Origin: a virus
Lineage: Duplodnaviria; Caudoviricetes
IMG/VR virus record: IMGVR_UViG_3300049917_000087
Coordinates: 1 to 58,586 of that record
Length of the DNA stretch: 58,586 nucleotides
Strand: one strand, 5' to 3'
A model generated the notes under the pieces. It was not told where the DNA came from. It worked only from the letters and a program-made list of their open reading frames with translations, and searched no databases. This document shows positions 18,686 through 27,922 of the stretch, piece after piece (position 1 is the first letter of the stretch; every line of letters starts with the position of its first letter). Position numbers and translations under genes: made by a program.

Positions 18686-19531
18686 TTACCGCGTGAATAC
18701 GTCGATGCCGTTTGTTTTGTAGAGCGCTTCTGCAAAAGCATTCCACGAATTTGCGGGCGGTGCCGGCAGCTTCACATCCGCCAGCATGCCGAAACGGTTA
18801 CCTGCCACGTAAGCAGGTGTACGCGATAATGATAGCACACGGCCTTTATTTTGACTGACAGCGCGCGCCATCTTGCTGCCCGCATCCGATGTGGCTAAGA
18901 AAGCCGGTTCGTGCAGGAAACCGACTACATCTGCCCACTGCGTAATAATCTCGCGCTTGCCGTAGGTTTTTTCATTTTTGGGACTATGTAGTAAAAGATC
19001 CCATGAATTATATTCACCTATCATTGGGTCTTTGACTACACTGCTAAAAACGTGGCACGTGAATATAATATTTATTCCGTACCAAACCGACAAACGATCA
19101 AGCTGCGTAAGAAGTTCAGCGAAAAGGTTGTTAGCCACAGCGTAGGCTTTGCCGTAGCCTCCGTGCGCTACTTCCATCGTAGTAGTTTTTCCGCGTATCG
19201 TATCAAGCGACAATACGTGTTCGTGAATCATACGTTCAAGCGCCGTTGCTGAATCAAAAGCCAGCGTTCCAAACGGCAACGGCCTATTAGCTGCGCGGTG
19301 TTGCTGAATTAGCTGTTCAATTTCCGAGAGTAACTGCAGCACGGCCTTATACGACTCAAGAAGCGGCGTTTTATTGACGTTAACGCCAGCATACCCGACT
19401 TCAAGCGGCACAAGCAGCACGCCTGGGGCGCCTGCGCAGAATGTCGTTTTGCCCATCTTCTCAAGGGCAGCGACTACGACGCGCAGGCCCATTCGAGCCA
19501 CGCCGCTTGTTACCTGTGCAAGTATGCTCAT
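18686..19531 (-). CDS. AAA_24/Sak4-like ATPase
   Basis: EKMGKTT Walker A, AFDS Walker B, GGYGKAY, WADVVGF. Confidence 0.85.
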   Translation of the reverse strand: MSILAQVTSGVARMGLRVVVAALEKMGKTTFCAGAPGVLLVPLEVGYAGVNVNKTPLLESYKAVLQLLSEIEQLIQQHRAANRPLPFGTLAFDSATALERMIHEHVLSLDTIRGKTTTMEVAHGGYGKAYAVANNLFAELLTQLDRLSVWYGINIIFTCHVFSSVVKDPMIGEYNSWDLLLHSPKNEKTYGKREIITQWADVVGFLHEPAFLATSDAGSKMARAVSQNKGRVLSLSRTPAYVAGNRFGMLADVKLPAPPANSWNAFAEALYKTNGIDVFTR

Positions 19532-19743
19532 GCGCCGTACACACCGTCAACGTTGGTAACGGACATAACCGGTTTCTCTTTGAGTGGCGCTATGCTCGCC
19601 GGTTTACCGCGTCGGGCAGAGCTTGTGCCTTCGAAGCGACTGACAAGCTCCGAAAGTGCCGGATCCAGGTTTGGATACTCATTGCGGATGTGAAGCAAAA
19701 GCTCCGCATCATCAAGATGTGTGGCTACACGCAATTTGCTCAA
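19528..19743 (-). CDS. Hypothetical protein (71 aa)
   Basis: Overlaps neighbours by 4 nt at both ends. Confidence 0.55.
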   Translation of the reverse strand: MSKLRVATHLDDAELLLHIRNEYPNLDPALSELVSRFEGTSSARRGKPASIAPLKEKPVMSVTNVDGVYGA

Positions 19744-20642
19744 GTTGGTTCTCCAATGTCGCGAATGTCACGAAAACCTATGAACGTCGCAAATCTAGGC
19801 GCATCTTTTGCACCTATTTCAAAATGCTTGTACTTAAATACTTTGCCCATAACTTCGGACGGCTGCGTAAAATATTCCATGCGCTGTTGCGCTGTAAAAC
19901 CGCTGCCGACTCTTATACGCTGTCCTGTTACAAGGTCTTCGCCGATCAACGCGCCCAGTGCGCCGGAAGGAACCATACCTTCGGCAGACTGGCTACGCTT
20001 GGCGAGCCCTAGCGCGTCGTCTAGCGCTTCGTTCTCATTATGCATCATTTCTGTCATGTCAACAACGCGCGCTTCTCCTGTTACGAAACGCTTCATTTTC
20101 ATCATGAAGCCTTCTTTAAGAGTGCTGCGTCCAAACTTGTAAGGTGAAAGCGGATCACGAAGTATAAGACCTTCGTAACCTCGTTCTAAATGATCCTCTT
20201 GTGCCAATACAAGTGAATCCATATCCTTAGCTACTGTTTGTTCCAATAGCTGCAACCTTGGATGCAACGTATAGGGCTCTTGAGAAAGCGTAATTAAAAG
20301 CTGCGCGTATCTATCTGCGAATGTGAAAGAAGCCGGGGCATTCCAGCAGTCAAAAACGTAATATACGAAGTCAGGTTCGCCATTGACAGACATTACGCCT
20401 GACATTGTGTCAGTAAAGACTGTATCCGAATAAGGCGCCCCTACGCACAGTTCTCCGTCTAATCCTTCAAGCCACGGACTCGCGAGCATGTGTTGCACGT
20501 AGCGATTGGGGATAGGCTCAAGCTTGCGTGACTTAGCCACACCTTCGTGCACGACGCAGCGTACTCCGTCCAGCTTCGCCGAATACAGCAAAGGGAAACG
20601 AAGGCCATCTGCGGGCGCAGCCACTGCAAGCATTGGGCGCAT
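19740..20642 (-). CDS. lig: ATP-dependent DNA ligase
   Basis: KLDGVR adenylation motif, DGEL, EGLILR, KMK, GSGFT, PRF. Confidence 0.93.
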   Translation of the reverse strand: MRPMLAVAAPADGLRFPLLYSAKLDGVRCVVHEGVAKSRKLEPIPNRYVQHMLASPWLEGLDGELCVGAPYSDTVFTDTMSGVMSVNGEPDFVYYVFDCWNAPASFTFADRYAQLLITLSQEPYTLHPRLQLLEQTVAKDMDSLVLAQEDHLERGYEGLILRDPLSPYKFGRSTLKEGFMMKMKRFVTGEARVVDMTEMMHNENEALDDALGLAKRSQSAEGMVPSGALGALIGEDLVTGQRIRVGSGFTAQQRMEYFTQPSEVMGKVFKYKHFEIGAKDAPRFATFIGFRDIRDIGEPT

Positions 20643-20647
20643 AGCTA

Positions 20648-20992
20648 TTAATGTTCCGTTGCTGCCAAAACGTCTTGAAATGCCTTAATGATAACTAGGC
20701 CAATTTGACGGCCTAAATCGTCTTCAGTGCGCGCTAAGCACTGTTCTTCAATCGAAGAAGCAATAAGCGCCATTCGGGCTAGCTTAGCTTCTGCAAGTCC
20801 TAACCGCGTCACTATCTCTTTTAATGCGTTCTCTGCGGCAACCTCTTGCGCTTTGGCTTCTGCCTGTGCAAGCACATGAGGCGCAATGGTGGAAGGTGCC
20901 GACATACCGGGCAATCCCGCAAGCATCTGCGCAAGACCGTCCATACGCTTAGGTGGGCGATTGGGAAATTTGTGTTGCATATGTACTTTCAA
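20648..20992 (-). CDS. Hypothetical protein (114 aa)
   Basis: Packed in operon. Confidence 0.6.
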   Translation of the reverse strand: MKVHMQHKFPNRPPKRMDGLAQMLAGLPGMSAPSTIAPHVLAQAEAKAQEVAAENALKEIVTRLGLAEAKLARMALIASSIEEQCLARTEDDLGRQIGLVIIKAFQDVLAATEH

Positions 20993-21315
20993 TCACTGGA
21001 CCAAGTAACGGACACCTTTTCGGTGTGACTATTCCACGTATACGCACCGGCAGCTTTTAATACACGTCCGGTAGGCAGAGCGTTTCCGCGTCTGTTGTTG
21101 CAGTCTTTGCACGCTATTCTGTAATTAGTTTCAACGTTCTTGCCGCCGCGCGATACCGGAAATACGTGATCGACTGTAGCAGAAAAGAAAGTTAGTTCTG
21201 TCGGGCAAAGGTAGCAGCGCAGGCGTTCTGTTCGTTCGAATTGTAGGCGCTTAAACGTCTTTGGACTCATCGACTTGCCCGAATTGAGCCGATCTAGTAT
21301 GACTTGCTTGCACAC
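20989..21315 (-). CDS. HNH endonuclease
   Basis: CYLC...TVDHVFP.S.GG.N...N...AC..CN. Confidence 0.9.
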   Translation of the reverse strand: MCKQVILDRLNSGKSMSPKTFKRLQFERTERLRCYLCPTELTFFSATVDHVFPVSRGGKNVETNYRIACKDCNNRRGNALPTGRVLKAAGAYTWNSHTEKVSVTWSSD

Positions 21316-21326
21316 GCTAATTGGCG

Positions 21327-21524
21327 TTATTTACGCGGTTCCACGATAGGTGCGGCATTGCTGTCCTTACTGAATACTTGAAGGGCACGTGTACAAGCAA
21401 AACAGCGGTAGCGGCCTGTTATAGGCAACAAGTCCCATCCGCTGTTTTGCATGTCGTCTGCAGGCCATTGCTTACCGCACCCGCCAGCACAGCCAAGCGT
21501 AGGCCGTTCTTTTGGCTCTGCCAC
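21327..21524 (-). CDS. Small Zn-finger protein
   Basis: CAGGCG...CFAC; packed in operon. Confidence 0.55.
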   Translation of the reverse strand: MAEPKERPTLGCAGGCGKQWPADDMQNSGWDLLPITGRYRCFACTRALQVFSKDSNAAPIVEPRK

Positions 21525-21526
21525 AG

Positions 21527-22294
21527 CTACGCCTTGCGCACAAGTTCTTTGTACATTTGCATGAGTCCAGGCAGATGCGGCTCAAGCAATTCGATAGTGG
21601 CACGCGCATACACCTGCGCTTCGATCTGCGCGTGACTGTGGTCACGCAGAGAAAGAAAACTGATGAACAGGTTGCGCAGGTTCATAGTCGTGAGCCAATG
21701 CGTATAGTGGTTCACGTGCAAGAACATGCGCGCATGTTCAGGAGCCGCGCCTAGCCGGATGTAATGTTTGTACATCGCATAGGCGGATGCGCAATGCTGG
21801 TCAATATCGACTCTGAATGCCTGTTGTACATCCTGCGAAAGGTTATCTTCCTGACCCTGTTTCTTGTTGGCTGCTTTTCCGCCTACGACTTTGGGAATAT
21901 ACCATTCCTCCGGCAGTGTCACGTATCTCGCACTGACTTCGTTGATTGACTGCGTACGTTGGCGTACCATCTGCCGCGCAACGAAAATAGGCAGCTTCAT
22001 TTCTAGCCATACTACGATGGCTTCGAAAGGCGTCATATGCTGGTTTTTGAGTAGGTAGCGATTCAGCCGCATTTCGTCTTCGTAGGTCCGGTCTTGGTCC
22101 GAACTATCGAAGGACATGCGCGCAGCATTCGCTACGTCAGTGTCATCTGCATCAAATACATTTCCGTAAGGCGGTTCTTTGTCTTGACGGATGATGTTCG
22201 TATAAGCATCGCGCCGAGTCGGCCCCGCAATGTTGCGCAAGGTTACAAAGCCGTGATCCAGGCACTTAACCGTATATTTAGCGTTTTGGTTCAC
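21527..22294 (-). CDS. thyX: Flavin-dependent thymidylate synthase
   Basis: LDHGFV, AARMS, HMTPFE, PIFVARQ, SINEVSARY, LR...HAQ.E. Confidence 0.9.
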   Translation of the reverse strand: MNQNAKYTVKCLDHGFVTLRNIAGPTRRDAYTNIIRQDKEPPYGNVFDADDTDVANAARMSFDSSDQDRTYEDEMRLNRYLLKNQHMTPFEAIVVWLEMKLPIFVARQMVRQRTQSINEVSARYVTLPEEWYIPKVVGGKAANKKQGQEDNLSQDVQQAFRVDIDQHCASAYAMYKHYIRLGAAPEHARMFLHVNHYTHWLTTMNLRNLFISFLSLRDHSHAQIEAQVYARATIELLEPHLPGLMQMYKELVRKA

Positions 22295-22935
22295 AGCAGT
22301 TCCCCTTTTGCGTTGTGCACTAGATCGCCTGAAATAAACACGTCAGCCGAAACACGCAACGATACTTCGTTGAACTTCTGTTCAACCGCTGCGGCAATAT
22401 TAACGCCTGTCGGTTCAGACAGAAACACCGGAGTAGCTGCCGAAGTTTCGCCGATGAACGCGTAACGCAGCGTGTATAGATTGCTTATTGCCTCGTTAAG
22501 GAACTTTTCGCGTTGCGCTTCAAAGTCGATAGGCGCTATATCTCCGCGGCGTTGTTTCTTGCTTGCATTGGCGTATTCACCAAGCGCGGCAATAACCGCA
22601 AGCAATTGTTGCGAACGATCACGCGTATGCTCTTGAGGCACGAAATCAAGTGCACGCGTCGAAAGCAAAACTAAATACGTGAACGCGTCGGCAAGCTCTT
22701 TTGCGGCACGTTCACGATAGGTATCCGCATCGATATAACCAAGTTCGAAGCGAATGCGTTCCGTGGCAAACTCGCCCAGTTCGCCTATCAGCGCTTCGAA
22801 CCACTGCGCCGGGTTCCAGTCGCTGCCGTCCGCCTTTGCATGCGCGGCTTCACCGTGTTTGTTCTTGAACTGCGGCAGGCGCAACCTATTTGCCCGTTCG
22901 AATGTATTAAAGGTAAGGTCGCTAAGCTCGGTCAT
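22291..22935 (-). CDS. MazG-like NTP pyrophosphohydrolase with internal partial duplication
   Basis: GELGE...KELAD...KFNEVS. Confidence 0.75.
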   Translation of the reverse strand: MTELSDLTFNTFERANRLRLPQFKNKHGEAAHAKADGSDWNPAQWFEALIGELGEFATERIRFELGYIDADTYRERAAKELADAFTYLVLLSTRALDFVPQEHTRDRSQQLLAVIAALGEYANASKKQRRGDIAPIDFEAQREKFLNEAISNLYTLRYAFIGETSAATPVFLSEPTGVNIAAAVEQKFNEVSLRVSADVFISGDLVHNAKGELL

Positions 22936-23417
22936 TTCGTTTCCTTTGGTGCTTCGATTGAAAGTGAAATGCTACCCGGCTTGCTTGTTATAAAGCAGTC
23001 GGCGATTGCCTTTTGTTCTGCGGTTAGTACGTTATACGCTTTGCCTGACAGTTCAGGGGAGTAACGTACCAGCGCATCTATATTTATACGGACGGCTTGC
23101 AAGACAGATGGGCAGGGCTCCCACATATCGCCCGCAATACCCGCCTTGCTGCGCATTTCAGTTGAAAGTTCGGCCACAGATGCGCGTTTCATTGCGTCTA
23201 ATAGCACTTCATCTATTTCGCGCTTCAGGGGATACTGTGCTTTTAGAGTATACCCTTTACCTAGCTCTACGGAATTGCTTCCATACTTAGGTGACGGGAA
23301 ATACGCGGCAAACACTTGCGCACGTAAAGCACGTTCACTTTCTACGGCGCTATCTGCGGACGCTTTTGCAGCAGACCATTCAGTTAGAAGGTCTTCACGC
23401 GATTTAGCTTCACTCAT
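22932..23417 (-). CDS. Conserved-looking phage hypothetical protein
   Basis: 161 aa, coupled to neighbours. Confidence 0.7.
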   Translation of the reverse strand: MSEAKSREDLLTEWSAAKASADSAVESERALRAQVFAAYFPSPKYGSNSVELGKGYTLKAQYPLKREIDEVLLDAMKRASVAELSTEMRSKAGIAGDMWEPCPSVLQAVRINIDALVRYSPELSGKAYNVLTAEQKAIADCFITSKPGSISLSIEAPKETK

Positions 23418-24114
23418 CGCCGCTTACCTCATTATCAGTAGAGCGACGCTTAAAAAGGGGCGCTAAGCTTGAACCGTTGATTTGACGTTGTACAGGTGAG
23501 CTATAGTGCTCAAGTTCAAACGCTACGCCTTTGACGGGCGCAGGCGCAAACACGGTATCGCGATAGCTAACCGATTTTAGGAATTTGCCCTTCGGTATGA
23601 ATTCGCCGCTGTCCGTATACTGGTCAGAACGCGCCTTTACACAAACACGCGGAAACTGACCTTCGGTGTACAAGTCGCATACACCTTTATTTTCCCAGAG
23701 CGTGCGCGTAGCATTCAGTATTTCAGGTGTCGCACAAAAACGCGTCATGACACCTTCGAGAATAGCAGTTACATCGGCGTTACCGTCGTAACCGGCGATG
23801 TGATATGCACCCAAGGCAAAAACAATGATATCGCCTAGCGCATCGCGTACACCTTCAATGTCACGATTCTGAAGCGCTGTCAGCAGTTCGCGCACTTCGC
23901 CATTTATATCGCCAGTGCTTATATCTTTACCGTTTGAAGCAGTTCCGTTAAGTGTAAACTTACCGCCTATGTTTTCGCACTGCCTCTGCAGCTTTCCCCA
24001 CGCTACTTCGTTGTATACGCCATGCGCGCCTTTTGGTTCAAGTTCCCGTGCATCGCCTTCGGGATTGCCGAAAGCAATGTTCATTTCTTTTACTTGCGTG
24101 AATAGGTCTTTCAT
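23410..24114 (-). CDS. MazG/PRA-PH-like NTP pyrophosphohydrolase
   Basis: EVREL...DALGDI; GKFLKS tail. Confidence 0.75.
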   Translation of the reverse strand: MKDLFTQVKEMNIAFGNPEGDARELEPKGAHGVYNEVAWGKLQRQCENIGGKFTLNGTASNGKDISTGDINGEVRELLTALQNRDIEGVRDALGDIIVFALGAYHIAGYDGNADVTAILEGVMTRFCATPEILNATRTLWENKGVCDLYTEGQFPRVCVKARSDQYTDSGEFIPKGKFLKSVSYRDTVFAPAPVKGVAFELEHYSSPVQRQINGSSLAPLFKRRSTDNEVSGDE

Positions 24115-24164
24115 TGGTTCCTCAGTGCGGTTAACGCCAGTCTAGCACAAGGCAATTACTCGCG

Positions 24165-26555
24165 CTAGTCAAATTTTGGCAAATTGACGATGCGGAAGCA
24201 TCGCCCCTGAAACGTATAAACCTCGCCTATCTTAATCTTGTCCACCTCAACCATATAACCGCTATCGATCAAACTAGATATAGAATCGTCCAGCGCCCGT
24301 TTAGCTCCGTATGGATGCTGCACAAATGAAGCAACACTATATACGCGCATCTGTAGATATTTTCTAGGCACAATGCCATCACGTGGCATATTAGCCGGCA
24401 CGCCATAGCTAGTTGGTACAGGCATAGTCAAATACTCGTGCATCACGTGCAATAGCTTTTTCTCGCGGCTTCCGTCACCTTGCCCAACCTCGCCCGCTGC
24501 CATCTTTCGTTGCATTAGTGCAATGTCACGTCGTATAAGATCAAGCGCCCACTGCACGTGATGCACGCATATGCTGGGCAAGGTGTGGTTATCAGCTACT
24601 GCAAGCAATGCAGCTACCCGCGCCATCTTCAAATGCGCGCGATTCCACATTTGTCTATATGCTTCGTCTTTGCTGCTATTTATTTGCGCGTCGCATTCGC
24701 TATCAAAAGCGTTCATTAGTTCCGCGGATGCGGCATCGCGCATTACAGGCGTCGTTTTCATTTCGCCTATATTCGATGTGGCGTGAAAGCACATGCCCTG
24801 TAGATAATTAGACAAAGCGTTATCAGGAATCAAATTCTGATATACATTTGCCGCCGGCCTTTCACCTTCATATTCAACGATGTTGAAACGACTAAGAAAG
24901 CCGTCTTCCATCATTGATTCACTCAAGCACGAATAAAGCGTATCTGGCGTTGTCTCACCTATCATTGAAAAAGCAACACCGCTAATGCTCGCTACATTGT
25001 TATCTTTATTGCTATACTGAACTCCGCCGACTATGCTAGCTGGGCCTGATTTTTGATATAGATTCGTCATCACTGTTCGCAATGACTGCATCGGGCCTTC
25101 TACCTGCCTAGCTGCTAGTCTTTGCAGCTTTCGTCCCCATTCACCGGACACGTTCAGAAAGCTACTCTGCGCAGCACATGCCTTAGCTAAAGCCGGTCCG
25201 CTAGCGTAGTCATTGAAGTTTATGAAGTTTTCTGCATGTGGCGCACCTTCGCGAAGCCTGTGTGTTAATGCGGCTAAGCCACTATGCATAGCCTCTTTGC
25301 CTACACCGCTTCTAGCCACAAGGATGATATATAGGTTCAGGCCGCTACCTGGAATTGTCCAGGCTTTGCCGCATACGCCAGCAAACCAGCCTAGCGCAGC
25401 TACGATAGCGACTTCACGCACCGGCCTCGGCGCAGAGTGGAATATGAACTTAGCGACTTCGCCGACAGCGCCCGGGGGCCAGGGCAGGCCGCCTTCCGGC
25501 ACAGGTGGCGGCACAGGCACCGGGGGCTCAACGATCACCGGCAATACCGGTGGCGGTGTTCCCTGTAACGTCGCAATGTGCTGCGCAGCTAATTGCCGCA
25601 AATGCGGAGTTACCGCAGATGGCACAGCTTCCTCCGGTGCCTGCAAACGCTTCACAAGTGCAGCCGATTGACCCTGCAATCGCGCTATCGCGTCGTCTTC
25701 GTTCTTTTGACGAGTGCGTATAAGACGCAGCGTGTTATTCAAGTATTTATCGTTTTTAAGTGCTTTCTCGCGTGCACCTAATTCGCTATGCCTAAACAAT
25801 CTTCTGCATTGCTCGTTACTTGTCGAATAAAAAGTAAGCATCGACATTAACGATAGATCCGCTTCTGATTGACTGGGATATCCCATATCGTGCCAATCGC
25901 CGCGCCACAGCTTCCTAAACTTTTCGGCATTATCGGCGTGCCAAGCCTTGTGCATTATCTCGTCGTCAGTCGCGGCTTGTGTAGATTCAACTAGTTCTGC
26001 CGCATCTATGCTGCACATTTGCAGCACCATGTTATTTAGATAGCTTTGCCGGTCTTCAATTGGCAAATCAAGAATTACATTCCCGGTGCAAGCTATAAAG
26101 CGTTCCTGGCTGTATATAGCTACCGGATCGCGCTGCCGACCTTTACCTATCTTTCCCTTAACCCACGTATGGGCGCCTATGCCGCTTTGACTAAACTCTG
26201 TGTAACTTTGCAACTTATCCGCAATACGCTTGCATAGTTCAAAGTCTTCAGGCGTTGACCATTTGTCAGGGTCATTAGGCTTGTTCTGCGCCGTATATAG
26301 GTCGAAGTCAATGCACGTATACGGATCGCTTGCGTCCAGGCAATAACCTAAACCGTATCCAATACGTTGCGCCGCTTCTTTCGCTATATCGAACGCTAGC
26401 CATGTGGTGCTATCGGTGCTGCTGCCGAGAATAGGCCGACCATGCCGCAAAGTCGTTGGGACTTTGAAGGCGCCTTCGGCATCCGGTCCAGCCAACAGCC
26501 ATTGCGGACGTTCCCGCAACCCGACCGGCAGGCGATCCCATGCGGGGACTGTCAT
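24165..26555 (-). CDS. Primase-helicase (AEP primase + DUF3987-like ATPase)
   Basis: CIDFD, YTEFSQSG.GAH, SQSEAD, ARSGVGKE, GFLSRF. Confidence 0.88.
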   Translation of the reverse strand: MTVPAWDRLPVGLRERPQWLLAGPDAEGAFKVPTTLRHGRPILGSSTDSTTWLAFDIAKEAAQRIGYGLGYCLDASDPYTCIDFDLYTAQNKPNDPDKWSTPEDFELCKRIADKLQSYTEFSQSGIGAHTWVKGKIGKGRQRDPVAIYSQERFIACTGNVILDLPIEDRQSYLNNMVLQMCSIDAAELVESTQAATDDEIMHKAWHADNAEKFRKLWRGDWHDMGYPSQSEADLSLMSMLTFYSTSNEQCRRLFRHSELGAREKALKNDKYLNNTLRLIRTRQKNEDDAIARLQGQSAALVKRLQAPEEAVPSAVTPHLRQLAAQHIATLQGTPPPVLPVIVEPPVPVPPPVPEGGLPWPPGAVGEVAKFIFHSAPRPVREVAIVAALGWFAGVCGKAWTIPGSGLNLYIILVARSGVGKEAMHSGLAALTHRLREGAPHAENFINFNDYASGPALAKACAAQSSFLNVSGEWGRKLQRLAARQVEGPMQSLRTVMTNLYQKSGPASIVGGVQYSNKDNNVASISGVAFSMIGETTPDTLYSCLSESMMEDGFLSRFNIVEYEGERPAANVYQNLIPDNALSNYLQGMCFHATSNIGEMKTTPVMRDAASAELMNAFDSECDAQINSSKDEAYRQMWNRAHLKMARVAALLAVADNHTLPSICVHHVQWALDLIRRDIALMQRKMAAGEVGQGDGSREKKLLHVMHEYLTMPVPTSYGVPANMPRDGIVPRKYLQMRVYSVASFVQHPYGAKRALDDSISSLIDSGYMVEVDKIKIGEVYTFQGRCFRIVNLPKFD

Positions 26556-26851
26556 GCGGCATCAACATCCGATGCCGCGATGCAGCGATAAGACGTGATG
26601 CGCCGCCGCGCTGCCAGGATCGCGCCCCACGCCATGAGGTAAGGCGTAACCGCTTGTCGCTCCCAAATCATGATTGTGCAATCGTTCACGCGTATGGGCT
26701 CCGGTAACGCCCCCCTGCGCCGGGCCGCCAACACGGATGTTCGCGTCACGCCCAGCGTTTGACACACCTCGCTAGAAGTGACGTAGGCGGCCACGAAACG
26801 GGCCTGTGCGCTGTTTTCGGCCGGAGGCTGCAGGGCAAGGGTGTCGGACAT
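26552..26851 (-). CDS. Excisionase/AlpA-like HTH protein
   Basis: YVTSSEVCQTLGVTRTSV...G.LPEPI...W pattern; start inferred. Confidence 0.7.
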   Translation of the reverse strand: MSDTLALQPPAENSAQARFVAAYVTSSEVCQTLGVTRTSVLAARRRGALPEPIRVNDCTIMIWERQAVTPYLMAWGAILAARRRITSYRCIAASDVDAA

Positions 26852-26911
26852 AGGCGGGACGCTCCAAAGGGACGCCAGCGTAACCGATCCCCTGCGGCTC
26901 TGCAACGTGCG

Positions 26912-27463
26912 TTACGTTCCGGATGGAAACGCCAACCCGCGCGATTCCGCCATTTTCTGCAGATTCGCTAATTGCGTTTCAAGACGGGCCAGTTCAAACT
27001 TATTTTGACGTAGTGCATTTTTTGTTTTATCGATGTAATTTAATAAAGTACCGTCGTTCATATCCGGATTTGTTCCGGATTTTAGAAACTTCTGCGAATT
27101 TCTAAATCTTTCTTGAGCTTCGCGATTTAGCCGTTTCCGCCGCTCTGTTGGATCTTCGGAAGCGTTAACCACATTCTTCGGAGGTCGCCCACGTTTGACG
27201 GGCGCGTTAGCTATATCCTGATTAGACCAGAATAGCGTATTTTGATACCAACGCGCAAATGTAGTAGCTAAACTCTCATACATTAGCGGAACAGGCGCCG
27301 TATCTTTTGGTGGGCGGCCTTCTATCGTATCGTCGTAACTGGGCCACTCTTCACGGGGTGGCGTAGGTGTGCCACCACTGTGTATACGCCATTCGGTGGG
27401 ACAGAGGATCGTGCCGTCAGGTAGGACAGGCCACGGGCGAAAGGATGGGGTGATTTGTGCCAT
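26912..27463 (-). CDS. AT-hook + bZIP-like basic region + coiled-coil protein
   Basis: KRGRPPK (90-96), RRKRLNREAQERFR (108-121), heptads I144/L151/L158/L165. Confidence 0.7.
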   Translation of the reverse strand: MAQITPSFRPWPVLPDGTILCPTEWRIHSGGTPTPPREEWPSYDDTIEGRPPKDTAPVPLMYESLATTFARWYQNTLFWSNQDIANAPVKRGRPPKNVVNASEDPTERRKRLNREAQERFRNSQKFLKSGTNPDMNDGTLLNYIDKTKNALRQNKFELARLETQLANLQKMAESRGLAFPSGT

Positions 27464-27468
27464 GCCTT

Positions 27469-27497
27469 ACTTTAACACAAGGCGTAAGCATTGTCAA
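27469..27497 (-). promoter_or_regulatory. sigma70 promoter, probably giving a leaderless transcript
   Basis: TTGACA-N17-TAAAGT, then only 5 nt before ATG 27463. Confidence 0.75.
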
Positions 27498-27559
27498 TTA
27501 GGCTAATAACAATTAGGCGCAATCTTAATAAATAAAACTTTCCTAGGCGTTCCCTAATA

Positions 27560-27730
27560 GATTACACCTTTACGCGTAATTACAATTACGCTAATTACAT
27601 TACGTGTCATGCTTACGTGCCATAAACTTACTCGTAATTACAATTACGTGTAATGATGACCGTAACGTAATTGCTTATGTTTCCTGTCTTGTATTATATA
27701 ATTATTTTATTAATTTATATACTATATACA
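27560..27730. repeat. TTAC/GTAA palindrome array plus AT-rich tract; candidate replication origin or switch
   Basis: TTAC-NN-GTAA at 27570, 27628, 27644; CGTAATTACAATTACG at 27575 and 27633; near-pure A/T run at ~27692-27728. Confidence 0.75.
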
Positions 27731-27866
27731 GAGACAAGTGCACTGTAATGGTGCAATTATGTCCGCTATAGCAACGGCAGCTTTAATGATGACAGTCAAG
27801 CTAACGATAACTAAGTGTCGATAGCGTTTACAGGACCAGAATCGCTAAATTATTCACGCAAATCAC

Positions 27867-27895
27867 TTGACAGTCCGCCGTGTTGTGGTTATAGT
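27867..27895 (+). promoter_or_regulatory. sigma70 promoter opening the rightward arm
   Basis: TTGACA-N17-TATAGT. Confidence 0.85.
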
Positions 27896-27922
27896 TTAGT
27901 CATCTGTTCAGCAAGGGGCGCT

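Noticed and set aside
17809-18829. Long + strand ORFs (329 aa, 142 aa) over the SSB gene
   Set aside because: Shadow frames of GC-rich low-complexity sequence
26552-26851. Lysogeny module implied by the excisionase-like HTH
   Set aside because: No integrase, CI-like repressor or partition genes recognised in the window
27560-27670. CRISPR mini-array (a Cas4-like gene is present)
   Set aside because: Only two 16-bp copies, the intervening DNA is made of the same motif rather than a unique spacer, and Cas4-like nucleases are routine in phage recombination modules
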